From: Chiloscyllium plagiosum
Taxonomy: Eukaryota
Length of the DNA stretch: 38,533 nt
Direction: 5' to 3'
Assembly: GCF_004010195.1 (NCBI RefSeq)
Contig: NW_025214046.1
Span: forward strand, 1-38,533
Position 1 is the first letter of the stretch; every line of letters starts with the position of its first letter. Shown one piece after another: positions 1-12,597 of the stretch. Made by a program: the position numbers and the translations under genes. Below the pieces are notes generated by a model. The model saw only the letters and a list, made by a program, of their open reading frames with translations, searched no databases and was not told where the DNA came from.

Positions 1-41
1 CTTTATTCTCACAAAGCCAGCATAATCAGCTCTTAGGTTCA

Positions 42-771
42 CATGCTTAAAGTCTGCAGGAGAAAGTGTATTCAGAGAAAGCCGTGCAGAAACACTAAGA
101 TACAAAGCAAATACGATTTATCAAGACTCCGGTGTCTCATCATGTTCTATTGGTCTATCCATTTTTTTGTTCCCTTCCTTGCTATTTGGAATTCATCCTG
201 ATTGCTGCCAATTATAATTACATGACTTGTAGCAATCCGTAATGTTTTCCCTTCTTCGATGATCTATCTATTAATCACTTTTTTCTTTGGAAAACCTGTT
301 TTATGAAATAAACCCTAACTTTCATTTAATTCCCCATGTGTCTTTTTTTGAATCGAGAGCATTAGCTTATGTTTAAAGGTTTTGTGGGTTGTCTTTTCTT
401 TCTGATTATTCTTACAATGATGTCATGTTCTCGAAATCTGTTTATTTTGAATGAACAGTCTTCATTCGTTGTGATTTGTTTTGTTTTTGTTTACAAATAA
501 CATCTTCGAAAGTCGACCTGGTCCTGAATTTAAAGTAGTTTTTCTTTTTTCTCTTTAGATTCGCTTCCGCATTTTCTCATTTACATTTAACTTGGTTATC
601 CAGCTTTATTGTCATTTGTTTTTATTTCCTCAACAGACGTCTTCAGCAATTCATTCTAATTTTGTCTGACATTAATTTTTCGCAGTCTTGATAAATCGTA
701 CTTTCTTTGTATCTTAGAGTTTCTACACGGCTTTCTCTGAAGTACACTTTCTCCTGCAGACTTTAAGCATG
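42..771. repeat. Inverted repeat: arms 42-128 and 684-771 (about 87 bp, roughly 90% identical), 555-bp spacer
   Basis: catgcttaaagtctgcaggagaaagtgta...gatttatcaagact is the reverse complement of agtcttgataaatcgtac...ctttaagcatg. Confidence 0.92.
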
Positions 772-2355
772 CTTTACCCCAACCTGTGCAGGGCAGGATT
801 GCTGCTAACTATGTTTTCTGCGATTTGCCCTTCCATCTCATTTGCTGTGCCATCGCTTCGCAATTCCCTGCCTTTGCAACTTCTTTGCAGCTGTCTTTTT
901 ATGTTCGCTTTTACTCTATTGCTCATATTGTATGTTATAAATTAAGTTCTTGTTTTATTTTCTGAATGAATTGCACATTAATATCATACAGCAAGATTTT
1001 GATGACTTTTCCTTAACTGCGTCAAAACCTTGGACCTGTGTTCGTCAACTTGTTTCTGGTAACACTCCATCTCCTTCATAATTCGGAGCAAGCTTCGTTC
1101 TTGAGCTTCTTTAATGTGTCCTGAGAACTCATCTGTCACGTGGGCTCTACTATGTGCCAGAGCCTTAATGTATAAGATGCAACATTGCAGCGAGCCAGTT
1201 TTCCGTGAAGCTATATGAATTCGTTTGCATTGTTTGTTTGGAGGAGAATACAATATTGATTGTACTCTTCCTTTAAATAATTATTTTTGAGTTTCAGAGT
1301 ACAATTATATTCCGAAGGACGTTTGAGCAGAGGAGCAGGATTGAACTGTTTAGCCGGTTGAAACATCAGCGTAAGTAAATTGCATCGTAACTAGTGTGTT
1401 CAGATCAACTCAACTGTTTTGTGATTGCTGACATGTTTGCTTAAGAACAGTATCCCGGCCAGCCTTGCAGAACTTGAAAGAAACAGATACTCCACCATCT
1501 CCATAGAAGGAAATGTCCAAACTCTAACAACGCTGAGAAAAATGAATTCCATCAAAGTATTCTTAATAAAATGTTGACGTGGAGACAGTCAGCAGATATC
1601 AATCAGACTGTCTATCTTTATGTTTCACAACACAGTAAACGTAAACGTTCAATGGCGCCAAATTCTGACACGAGTGGTTTTGAACTGGACGTGAGGAATA
1701 CCTAATCACAGGAAAAAATATCATCTTCAACACCAGCTAAATAAAAACGTGGAAAATTATTAATCAAATTCGATTGCTGAACTAAACTTAAGCTATATAA
1801 CAATCTAACTGGTCTATGCTATCAATCAAAATGGCGTTGTTTGCATCATCACTCTCTCAAAAACTTGACAACCAAGCAACCCAGTTAAGGGATAAATAAA
1901 ATAAAGTAATACAGATGGTCAGATTTCTTCTGTGGGATTCACGATTATATGTTTGACAGACATAGATGCAGTTTTCGAAATTTTTGGTTTTGAATTGTTT
2001 CATTCAGGGACACCTATATTGTTTACTTAGATAAGTGCAGTCTGACATATAAATAAGCATTCTATTCTTTAAGTTTCCAAGAGCTACAAAGCGGAGGTTG
2101 CACGAGTGTTTTGAATCGTTCGTAGCATAACATCGAAAGCCACGTTACTTAGCATACAAGGCAATCTGACATCCAATCATAAGTGACTTCTCACTGACCG
2201 AACGATCGCCAAATCCACAAGGTCTAAATTACCATTTAACATCTCTCGTCTTCTTGATAATGAGGTATTTTCAACACATGCTTGAAAGAATTCCTACATA
2301 CTGACACACTGACACGCTGATAGCCAACTTTGCTACTTGCTTAAACATAACGCTC

Positions 2356-2577
2356 NNNNNNNNNNNNNNNNNNNNNNNNNNNNNNNNNNNNNNNNNNNNN
2401 NNNNNNNNNNNNNNNNNNNNNNNNNNNNNNNNNNNNNNNNNNNNNNNNNNNNNNNNNNNNNNNNNNNNNNNNNNNNNNNNNNNNNNNNNNNNNNNNNNNN
2501 NNNNNNNNNNNNNNNNNNNNNNNNNNNNNNNNNNNNNNNNNNNNNNNNNNNNNNNNNNNNNNNNNNNNNNNNNNNNN
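2356..2577. other. Assembly gap (222 N)
   Basis: Run of N. Confidence 1.
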
Positions 2578-3141
2578 TCGTGTCGTTTCGTGGCTAGTTG
2601 ATGTTCATGGATGTGGATCGTTAGCTGTCTTCCTGTTTGTCCTATGTAGTTGTTTTGTGCATTCCTGCAAGGGATTTTGTACACTACATTAGTTTTGCTC
2701 ATGCTGGGTATGGGGTCCTTCGTTCTGGTGAGTTGTTGTCTGAGGGTGGCTGTTGGTTTGTGTGCTGTTATAAGTCCTAGTGGTCGCAGTAGTCTGGCTG
2801 TCAGTTCTGAAATGCTCCTGATGTGGCTAGTCCTTTGGGTTGCGGCATTTACTCGTTCAGTTGTCTTTCTCTTCGGCATCTGTTGATGAAATTGCGCTGG
2901 TATCCGTTCTTGGCTAATACCTTGTACAGGTGTTCCTCTTCTTCTTTTTGCCGTTCTGGTGTGTTGCAGTGTGTTGTGGCCCTTTTGAATAGTGTCTTGA
3001 TGCAACTTCGTTTGTGTGTGTTGGGGTGGTTGCTTTCATAGTTCAGGACTTGGTCTGTGTGTGTGGCTTCACTGTATACCTTTGTGGTGAATTCTCCGTT
3101 CGGTGTTCTCTGTACCATCACGTCTAGGAATGGGAGTTGGT
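2578..3141 (-). mobile_element. Penelope-like retroelement fragment (RT thumb to GIY-YIG endonuclease), cut by the gap
   Basis: TKVYSEATHTDQVLNYESNHP...HKRSCIKTLF and NVVYKIPC...YIGQTGRQL...HEH. Closely similar to 23690-24257. Confidence 0.9.
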
Positions 3142-4304
3142 GACAAACAGGTGGACGATGGAAAAGCGTTTGATGTGGTGTTTATGGATATCAGTAAGAC
3201 GTTAAGAATATATTGCACAGAATACGGAGGCATGGGATTGTTTTTGACAAAGAAGTTATGGAATAGAAATTGGATAGCTGAAAGAACACAGATATTGGTG
3301 GTAGATTGGCAATGTTCATCATGGAGTTCAGTTATTAGTGGCGTACTGCAAGGTTTTGTTTATGTCCACTGCTGTTTGTCATTTTAGAAATGATCTCTAT
3401 GAGGGCGTAGGTGGATCGCTTATAAAATGCGGATGACACTAAGGTCCGTAGAGTTGCGAATAGTGCCGAAGATTATTGTAGGTTACAATTGAACATTGAT
3501 AACCTGCAGAGCTCGGCTGAGAGGTGTCACAGGAAGTTTAATGCGGACAATTGTGAGGTGATTTACTTTGGAAGGAGGAACAGATTTGCATTGCATTAGG
3601 CGAATGATAAGATTATTTGTAGTTTAGGTGAGCAGAGATGTCTCGGTGTCTATGTTCATAGGTCCATGAAAGTTGCCACGCAGGTTGATTGGTTTGTTAA
3701 GAAGGCATGCATTGTGTTTGTTTTTATTAGTAGAGGGATTGAGTTGCGTAAGCATGAGGTCATCCTGCAGCTGTACAAAGTCTTATGCGGCCCCACCTAG
3801 AGTACAGTGTACAGTTCTAGGCAAGATATTGTAGGAAGGATCTGCAAGCTTTGGAAAGGTTTTAGAGGTGATTTGCGAGAACGTTGCCTTACGAGTAAAG
3901 CCTGAGGGCGTTGATGCTGTTTTCAATAGAGAGAACAATGTTGTGAGGTCACTGAATTACGACATTAAGGAGTATCAGAGTGTTGGATAGGGTGGACACT
4001 CTGGTCCCTTTTTCCTCAGATGGTGATGGCTATCACGAGGAGCAACAGCTTTAAGTTAAGGGGAGATAGATCCAGGAATGATGTCAGAGGAAGTTTCTTT
4101 ACATAGTGAGTAGTAGGGACATGGAACAGAATGTCTGCAATAGTATTAGCCAAATTTAAGGGCACTTAAATTATCATTGGATAGACAAATGGATGAAAAT
4201 GGAATAGTGCAGGTTATGTAGGTTTCGGATTTGGTCACAGATCGACCAATCATCGAGGGCAGAAGGGAGTGTACTGTACTTTAATGTTCCATGTTCTATG
4301 TTCT
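3140..4304 (+). mobile_element. CR1 LINE 3' part (RT plus 3' UTR and tail), decayed
   Basis: KQVDDGKAFDVVFMDISK, SGVLQG, ADDTK, RPHLEY-like motifs; ends in a gttccatgttctatgttcta tail. Confidence 0.88.
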
Positions 4305-5650
4305 ACGACTTCCATATTAACTCACAAAGAGATTAATTCTGCAGATGTCCATCCAATCCAGTTTTGCAAACATTTTGCATGGGATTTCCACGTAAATGAA
4401 GACATGCTCAATCGGATCAAACCACCTGTCCAACAAAGTGAAATTATTCCAAGAATGAGTAGAATGAAACTTCATGGCAGAAATAGTTTTAAATACTTCC
4501 TTGAAAATAAGTGTTGGTGCCAAACGTGTATGAGAAAGCGCCACTTCATTAGTGAAAGGACAATATTAAAATCCATTTTTATAAAATATCATTAGAAAAC
4601 ATGTTCTGAATCGGGTCGTTAATAGAAGCAATCGATGGAGAAAGAGTTTAACAGAATTTGGTAAATTTGAATCTATGTTCTGAAAAACCTATTTACAAAC
4701 GCAGATATCCAGTGAGTTCTTACATTTCATGTCAATCTCTGGAAGTGGGATATGGAACTTCAAAGATCAACTACAAGTAAATTTGTGTTCAACGTGTTAA
4801 AATGGTCCGTTAAAATGGTCTGAAATTGCTCAATTGAACAAACGATAATTGGTAGATACAACGATGAAAGGAAACAGAAACAATATAGATTAGCCAATCA
4901 TTTTCAAAATGTGTAATACATGATGAGAATATGCGGCTAAAGCGAAAAAAAATGGTGTAAGCCTCATCAAAATAAGGAAACATTTTGTGAATGGAACAAA
5001 CAAATGATCGAACAGTGAGTTTAAGGAATTCAGAAACTTGGAAATAAACACAGATTCATAGAATAAGATATCAAAATGCTGACCTTGAAATTATGCAACG
5101 AAGAATGGAACATCTCTCACAGCAGTTTCAAGCACATTGCACAGTTTTTTTCGATACAAGTTTCGACTGTGTTAAAGAAGGAATGTAAGGAGACGTTTTT
5201 AGAGCATATGATTGCCAGGGCAATTCTAAAACTGGTTAGGTTGACTTGTAATGATATCATGCAATTTACGACTCATAATAAACTGTGATGAAGATATCAA
5301 AGTTGATGGATTTAATACCTGACATTCTAAGCAGAACTTGATATCCTTGATTTTGCGGATTTCTTTCACTGCCGAAGCATGTAAAACTAATGGGCATATA
5401 TGCAAATTTTCAGGGCTTCTCGTTAAAACAGAACACAGGCACAACTACTTCATTCGATAATAGTCTGTCATGAAAAAACACCACTTCAGACATTGGAGGC
5501 ATCTTATTTGAATACATAAATGTCTAATTTAAAGAAAATTCTTAAGAACACCATAGGAAAGTCTTTTGCAGTGAGTGGGAAACGAGAAACACTGCATCAC
5601 ATATTTAAGCTATTTTCTGTTCAAATGTCAATTTAAATTCCAGGTGCCAA
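4305..5650 (+). mobile_element. Possible heavily decayed LTR-retroelement/ERV reverse transcriptase relic
   Basis: A-rich sense strand with collinear weak motifs: KPIYKRRYPVS (4685), KQYRLA (4878), EHL (5108), FLEHMI (5196), ILDFA (5343). No intact YxDD. Confidence 0.35.
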
Positions 5651-6374
5651 GTGCATCATTCTGATCCCGCATTTTTCATTAACCAGTTTAACGTTATTAT
5701 GTTGTAGGTTGTATTTGAAATATGACATTAGATGTATCAGCTGGCTGCCTGGCACGAACGAATGTATGTGTTGTTAACTCGACAAAACACAACAAGCATA
5801 AACGGATTTAGTTCAGTTTGCCAAGACGTAACGTGTAGTAAGCAACTGTGAACCATGGTAATATATGACTGGTTTATAACTTATTTAAATAATTTAGATT
5901 TAGAATAGATAATAGGGCCATAATGTTTGCTGCCAACCGAAACATTGGTAAACAATTGCATTGTGAAGAGGACGCGATGCAACAGACGCATGTCGATATA
6001 TTCAATGTATGGACAAATATGCTGTTCATGCAGCATAATGGGAGAAGTCTGAAATTGACCATTTTCACGGGAAGGATAGAAAAGAAGAATGGCAATTAAC
6101 GGTGTAGTATTGTACTCATTTGCAGACATATTTGTGTGTTCTCTTACATGAACATCCATAAGTTGCCATGCAGATACAGGCATTACTTAGGTTACCTAAT
6201 TCAGTATTATTTAAGTCCACCTGGGACTTCACTTCCAGGGAACCGTGCACGTGAGATCACTTTGTTACAGTACATTCAATATTTCAGTTATCCTACTGTG
6301 AACACATTTGGAATTACGTGTTCTCCAGGTCCTCGTAAGGGTGAATGTTAATGACTCTCAGGCAGTTTTAAAGC

Positions 6375-6975
6375 CATAGAGACCGACAGCACGGAGACAG
6401 ACACTTTGGTTCAAATTAGCTCATCCCCACAATAATGTCCATAAACACTGAAATCATTCCCCTGCACGTTGTCGCATCCGTTTAAATCCATGTATTTGTC
6501 CAAAGTCTTTTAAAATATTATTTGTAGACCCACCTCAATTCCATCCGCTGGCAGGTCAATCCATTTGCATTCCAGCCTCTGTTTAACAAAGTTGCACTTC
6601 AGCGTTCCTTTTATTTTTTCCTATCCAAACTTAAACTGATTTTCTCAAGGAAACCTGGTGAAAACACTGAGTGCGTTCACTGTATTCATGCCACCTATGA
6701 ACCTATCCATTTCAATAATGTACCCCTCTTTGTATCCGACGCACCTGATCTGTTAAAAAAGGCCTAACTTATCCAATCTTTCTCGATTACTCAGATTGAT
6801 GAATCCTGCGACACCCTTGAAAATTTCTTCCACATTCCTTTCAGTTTACTGACATCCTTCCTGTGCCAGTGTCCAAAATTGTACATAATACTTCAAATGC
6901 GGCCCGACCAACGTCCTGCACAACTTCAACATAACCTTCCAATTTATATACAGTGCACTGATTGATGAATGCCAG
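6375..6975 (-). mobile_element. CR1 LINE 3' fragment, decayed
   Basis: MLKLCRTLVGPHLKYYVQFW plus a CR1-type 3' UTR and tail on the minus strand. Confidence 0.8.
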
Positions 6976-6989
6976 TGTGGGAAAGATGA

Positions 6990-7175
6990 TTCTTTATTGT
7001 TCGGAAAGGCAATTGTGTTGCAATTGTGTGCCCTGAATGTTGCTTTCTGCTGTTCTGTCAAAACCTCAACGTTTTCCAGATCTTGCTGAATTTTGACATG
7101 GATTGTTGCATCATGTGAGCAGTTGTGAAAACTGCTGAAATTTCTGACCATGGATGAGGATTGTATGTGCACTAT
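6990..7175 (-). mobile_element. Old LINE RT fragment (CR1-clade-like)
   Basis: IHVKIQQDLENVEVLTEQQKATFRAHNC parallels the QQDLDNIQAWADKWQ-type segment at about 38150-38230. Confidence 0.6.
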
Positions 7176-7189
7176 AACCTGGAGAGTCT

Positions 7190-9445
7190 TTCAGTAAATT
7201 AGCATGTTTCGTAGAGAGTGGACAGTCTTTCGAGAATGATGAGATGAATATTTTTTCGGACATTGCTTCTCTCTCACCTGTTCGTGTAATTACTGTAATT
7301 GTATGAGTCCAGTTCAGTTTCTGGTTTATGCTAGTCGCAAGATGCAGTTAAATTGGGATTGTGATGTTAAAGCCATTGAATGCCAGGGAACGATGTTGTG
7401 AATATACATTTTTAAATTTGGTCATTGTCTGGTATTTCTGGCGCAAACATTGCTTGCCACTTGTCAGGCCAGGCCTGGATGTTCTCCAAATCTTGGTTCA
7501 TTTGGCATGGGCTGCCTCAGTACATGAGGAGTTGTAGATGGTGCTGAACATTGTGAAATCATATGGGAGCGTCCCCACGACTGACCTTACGATTAGAAGA
7601 AAGTCATTGATGAAGCTGCTGAATGTGGTTGTGCTAGGACATTCCTCTGTCGAACTCTGAAGAAATATCTTGGGGCTGAAATTACATGAACAAAACTGGA
7701 CATCTTCCTTTAGATATGACACTAAACTGTGCAGATATTTCTTGTATTGTAGTTCACTGAGAGTCTGTGGAGTCGCATTCATTCAATTCTGATGATGATA
7801 GCAAGGGCGGTTACATGGACTCATCTCTTGCTTCAGCTCGTCTGCTTTACTTTTGGATCATGAAGCTAATGAGGTCAGCAGGTGGTGGAAATGAAGTCAA
7901 CAAAATGATAAAGTTATTATGAATTACGTTCTCCTTTATCCAATTGTTGATCTTTCATTTCTTCGCTTCTCAGAAGAAGACGTATGGGAATGAAATTGGT
8001 CAGACTAGATTAATTTTGTTTTACGTGTATATGATATAGCCAGTTGATGTGTAGATTTTGGTGTTCTGGCTGTATTGTCATAGTTTTTATGAGCTTAGCA
8101 AGTTCTGGAACGCACGGCTGCATTTGTCATTGCTTGTACATTGACAGGGTGAAGAGCCTGTCACATTGGCTCGTTCACTCCAGTGATTGCCTGGTATCAA
8201 TTGGAACGAATCGAATTAACTGAACATACTGAGTACTTCGGGAGGAGGCTGTGATGAATTATCCACACAGTACTTCAGGCTGCAGAGTTTTTTTTCAAAT
8301 AAGTCAATCTTTGCTGTTTCACTGATGGATTGTTTTCCCCTGTCAGTGACGATAAACATCCCCTCCCCAACCACCACCCCCTCGACATCGTGAGTAATTC
8401 GCCTTTGACACACGATGAGAGGTGTGGAAACTGCAGAGCTTAGGTCGATCCATTGGTTGTGGCAACATCTAATTCTGTCTATAATTTGCTTTTCATGCTT
8501 TTTTTCGCGTGTACAATTAGTTCTGTGTTGCAGCTTCACCAGGCTGGCACTTCATATCCTGTTATGGCTGTTACTGCTCATGGCATAGCCTTTTGCGCCC
8601 TTCACGACATCGTGAGTAATTCGCCTTTCACACACGATGAGAGGTGTGGAAACCGCAGAGCTCAGGTCGATCCATTGGTTGTGGCATCATCTAATCCTGT
8701 GTATAACTTGCTTTTCCTGCTTTTTTTTCGCGTGTACAATTAGTTCTGTGTTGCAGCTTCACCAGGCTGGCACTTCATATCCTGTTTTGGCTGTTACTGC
8801 TCATGGCATAGCCTTTTGAGCCCTTCATTGAACATGTGATCATCATCTGATTTGATGTTTATGTTAGAGAATGGAATTCCATGCGATTGCAGATTATGTG
8901 CAGTCCCTACACACAATAATTTTTCTGCTGTTCGTGGCCCGCTATGCCACAAATTCATCTCGTTGTGAATTTCCTGATCTATTTGAATGTATCCCATTCA
9001 ATAAAGCTCTCGTTTTTGTTAATTCTCTCACCGAATGCTGGAGCAGTGGAGTTGCTCATCTTCAGTTGATGGAAAAGAATGCAACCCACCGAGACTTCAT
9101 TCTTTGCCCTTTGCACCCGCCACGATGTGTTCAAATACAGAAGGAGTGATCCGATTGATGTGGGAGTAGTAAGTAGCAGAAGGTTTTCTGAATATTTTAA
9201 CATAAAAACTTGAGATTTCGAGGGGCTCAGGATCAATGTCGACCACTTAGTAGACAACTGCCTATTGATTGCACATTACTGAGCTTTCATATCTGCAGGT
9301 CCTGCCCAGATGGTGAGAGAAGCCCTACAAGGAGAAGGTTATGGCATTGTCTGGGAAATTGTGTGCAAACCAGGATTCATTGAGCGTGACTTTATCTGAT
9401 AGTCGTTTGATGATGCTGTGAATAAAATACAACAGGCTTTAGATA
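7190..9445 (-). mobile_element. Decayed LINE (APE endonuclease plus RT), same family as 36640-38533
   Basis: 7441-7620 is the reverse-complement homologue of 38040-38220 (FINDFLLIVRSVVG...FTMFSTI). 9300-9420 matches the endonuclease start at about 37030-37160. Confidence 0.75.
8383..8827. repeat. Tandem duplication of a 222/223-bp unit (8383-8604, 8605-8827)
   Basis: Both units start cgacatcgtgagtaattcgcc and end gcccttca, with a few substitutions and an indel. Confidence 0.95.
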
Positions 9446-9459
9446 AACGGTTCACTTGT

Positions 9460-10141
9460 CTTTGAAAGTGGAGGAGGAGTAAAACATTAGTAATTGGGGA
9501 CTCACAGTTAGAAGGACAGATAGGCGATTCTGTGGGAACGGGAGAGACTCGCTTCTGGTGTGTTGACTACCAGATGCCAGGTTCCGTGGTCTCTTGGATT
9601 GCATTTTCTGAATCCTGAGAGGGAGGGGAGGAGCCCAAGTCATGATCCACATAAGCAAAAACTATATAGGTAGGAAAAGGGAGAAATTCAGGGGGTTAGC
9701 GTGGAATCCTCTGGTGAGAACCGACAGAGTTACTATCTTTGGTTTCTTACCCGTTCCACGTGCTGGCGAGGTGACGAAATGGGAGAGAGAGAAGTTGAAC
9801 ACGGGGCTACAGGTTTTATACAGGAGGGAGGGTTTCATATCACCAGATAATTAGGTCGCATTCTAGGTTAGGTGGTAAATCTTCAAACGTGAAGGTCTAC
9901 ACCTAAACGATAGGAGAAGCAATATCCAGAGGGTGGGAGATCACCTAATGCTCTTCGGGAGTGTTTTAACTACTTGAGGGATGGGAATCTGAATTGTGGC
10001 TCCAGTGTACTGGAGGTTGAGATGAGTGAGATCACGAGGAAGATTTACATTTTGCAGGACCGTTCCAGCATAAGGGAAAGTGCTTTGTCATGTTCCACTT
10101 CAACGTCAGGAGCATCCAGAATAAGGTTGGTGAACTTGCAT
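9460..10141 (+). mobile_element. CR1 fragment: ORF1 SGNH-esterase region plus ORF2 start
   Basis: LVIGDS...RTDRRFCGNGRDS-like segment near 9485-9550 and FNVRSIQNKVGELA at the end. Confidence 0.8.
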
Positions 10142-11639
10142 CATCTTAGGCCTCGATGTCATGGCATTTTTTTTAGAGAAATGTAAAGAAAAGGGACAGG
10201 GATGTTTTTTTCTCATCGGTTGATGTATAAATAAAAAGGCCATTTATCTCTGTACCAAGCTTCGCTGTTTTGGACCCCAGTCTGTTTTGAATCACTCAAA
10301 AAATCAAGTACACAAATCCTTCAGAAAAGGAACAGGTTTCTGGACAAAGACAACTTTTCTGACAGCAAAATACGAACATTTTCCAAAGTCAGATGCTGTT
10401 ACTGAGTCATTCATATGACCATGGTTACTATTTTTATTCTTCAGTGATAGTATTGAGTGAAACAAAAGTGCTAACGCATGTACTGAATACAGACACACCG
10501 ATAATTGAAAGTTTGACACGAAAATAAAATCTGATTTTGGGCGTGCTGAAGGAAATGTATCAGATTCCTGGAACTCAATTAAATATCTTTCCTGATGCAT
10601 ACCCGGCACGTTACAAGAGTAAACTGTAGAACTCTATTATTATTAATCTGTACTGAATGTATTTCAGAGTTTTGAGAGGAAATCAGGCAAGGCAAATAGG
10701 TAGTATCAAAATACTATTGTGGATGTTTTGCTGTACCAGGAAGAAACTGAGGGTCCTATTACTGTAATGATGTAAACACAAGCAGATGATAACTGCCTTT
10801 TCGTATCCGAGACCAACTATGGACTGTGACTGAAAAGCAATTGTCACTGAAAGCAACTACTTGTGTGCATTGAGTTACATGCATTTTGTCATTTAATCTG
10901 TCCTTCTTTCAACTCTATCACAAATTGACCGTATGGTTCCTTTCTTGTCGTTTCATTTACCTGCCTATGTAACTGCCTCGGAAGCAGCTGGTGTTAAGGA
11001 AAGATCAGAGATTTTGAGAAGGCATGTGCATCAGCGCAGATTCAATGCTCGTGTAAATCCATTTATGTTTACATTATTTTATTGGAAAACACCATGTCCA
11101 AATAAAAATTTGTAAAACTAAACCTGGTTTCACTGAATCTGAAAGATGATTGGATAAACAATTATCTGTTTGAATAAGCTGATAACATGTAACTGGGTGA
11201 ACCCAGCTAACAGACTAGCATGCCAAATTCAACACCTGCAGTCATTTTACTGAAGACCAACCAGTGAAGGAATAAGCCTCATCCCCTAATGAGTAATGCC
11301 ATCCATTTTGCAGAAACGGTCATGGAAACCAGGTTTTAATTCAAAGATAACTGCGGAATTCAATCTCTTTGAGGCAAATTTGCAGAAGATGCGATACGTG
11401 ATTGTTGTCATAGAATTCTTGACAGAAAAATATACATTTCTTCTGCTCTTTTTTCATCAGGACGTTTTAAAAGGTAAAATTTCACAACCTGGGGAATACC
11501 CGTCGGGCAGAAACTTTGAAGGAATTTCCGATAATGTTTGAACTGTGAATGGACCAATTGCTGTTTGCTGAACAGCTCTGAGAATGTCTAGAACTGTGGT
11601 CTACTGTTGGAGAATGAAGACTGTGCTTTAGAAGCCACT

Positions 11640-11860
11640 GTTCAGAATGGCAATGGAACGCCTAACAGATAGAACTCTGTCATATTTCTTACACATCTAC
11701 GCAAATGATCCCAACCAGTCTCTGGCTCAACAGTTACCTCTCTCAGTACCTGACTACCTCCTAATGTCCCAACAGAATGCCCGAATTTCCTAGTCATGGA
11801 TATGGAGACAGTGACTTTAAAATCCCCACCATTGATTACCACGCCTTCATAACTGTAGAT
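11640..11860 (-). mobile_element. Old LINE endonuclease fragment (duplicated at about 13760-13980)
   Basis: VINGGDFK...QVLREVT resembles the APE GDFN...Q-V-EPT motifs. Confidence 0.45.
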
Positions 11861-12304
11861 GTTTCAGGTATGGTATTAATGAAGCATTTGTTGCAAATAA
11901 AACATTGACATTTTCAATCGAGACGAAATATGTACCAAATATGTGGCTTCACTGCCTGAAATCTTCTCGAATCTCGTAGATATTTGATTGGAAAATGTTA
12001 AACTTCGTCGAATTCGCTTCTCTTCATCGCTGAAGAAATACTATCACTCAAAATGTTCTCTTTAATGACACCATAAACCATAATGCGCCCTCATCCCCTC
12101 CTATTGAGTCCAGTAGAAAAGTAAGAATAATTCCATATCATTACGCGAACTTAGACTGCATTACTCGCCATATTTCGATGTAATATCAATTTATCGCTTA
12201 AACACTCAAAAGTTGCCAAATTAGAAATTCATGAAATTTGCAGATATCCTTGTGAAACAATTTGTCCAAATAAACCAACCTGAAACAGGGATCACAGAAA
12301 ATTA

Positions 12305-12597
12305 GTTCTCGGTGTTCACTTTGCACCTTCGCTGCCAATCTGCATGCGTTTCTTCCAAGTGTTCCGGTTTCCTTCCACTATCGAAAGATGTGCAGTTATG
12401 GTGAATCGGCCAAATTATATTGCTCATATATTGTTCAGGCATGTGTATATGAAGGGCATTAGTCACTGGTAAATATGCAATAATAAGATAGGGAACTGGG
12501 TCTGAATGGAAAACACCACGGAGGTCCGGCATTGATTTGCTTGGCCAAATGGCTTGTTTCCACACCGCAGGGATTATGTGACTTCAATGATTCTATG
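12305..12597 (+). mobile_element. HE1-type (V-SINE) shark SINE, 5'-truncated
   Basis: tttgcac...tctgcatgcgtttcttccaagtgttccggtttccttccac...aaagatgtgcagtta core and a CR1-like tail ttggccaaatggcttgtttccacac...gattctatg. Confidence 0.8.

Noticed and set aside
175..235. Gag zinc-knuckle-like CNYNWQQSG...IAR on the minus strand
   Set aside because: Needs a stop, a frameshift and several substitutions; too weak to call.
4795..4821. 13-bp direct repeat gttaaaatggtc
   Set aside because: Trivial micro-duplication.
5820..6190. Possible second GPCR relic (minus-strand WFTVA and LIAILLF)
   Set aside because: Only a 5-residue match; no DRF, TM2 or other collinear motifs.
11296..11541. 81-aa ORF identical in both tandem units (also 13417-13662)
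   Set aside because: Conservation is explained by the recent duplication; no recognisable domain or splice structure.
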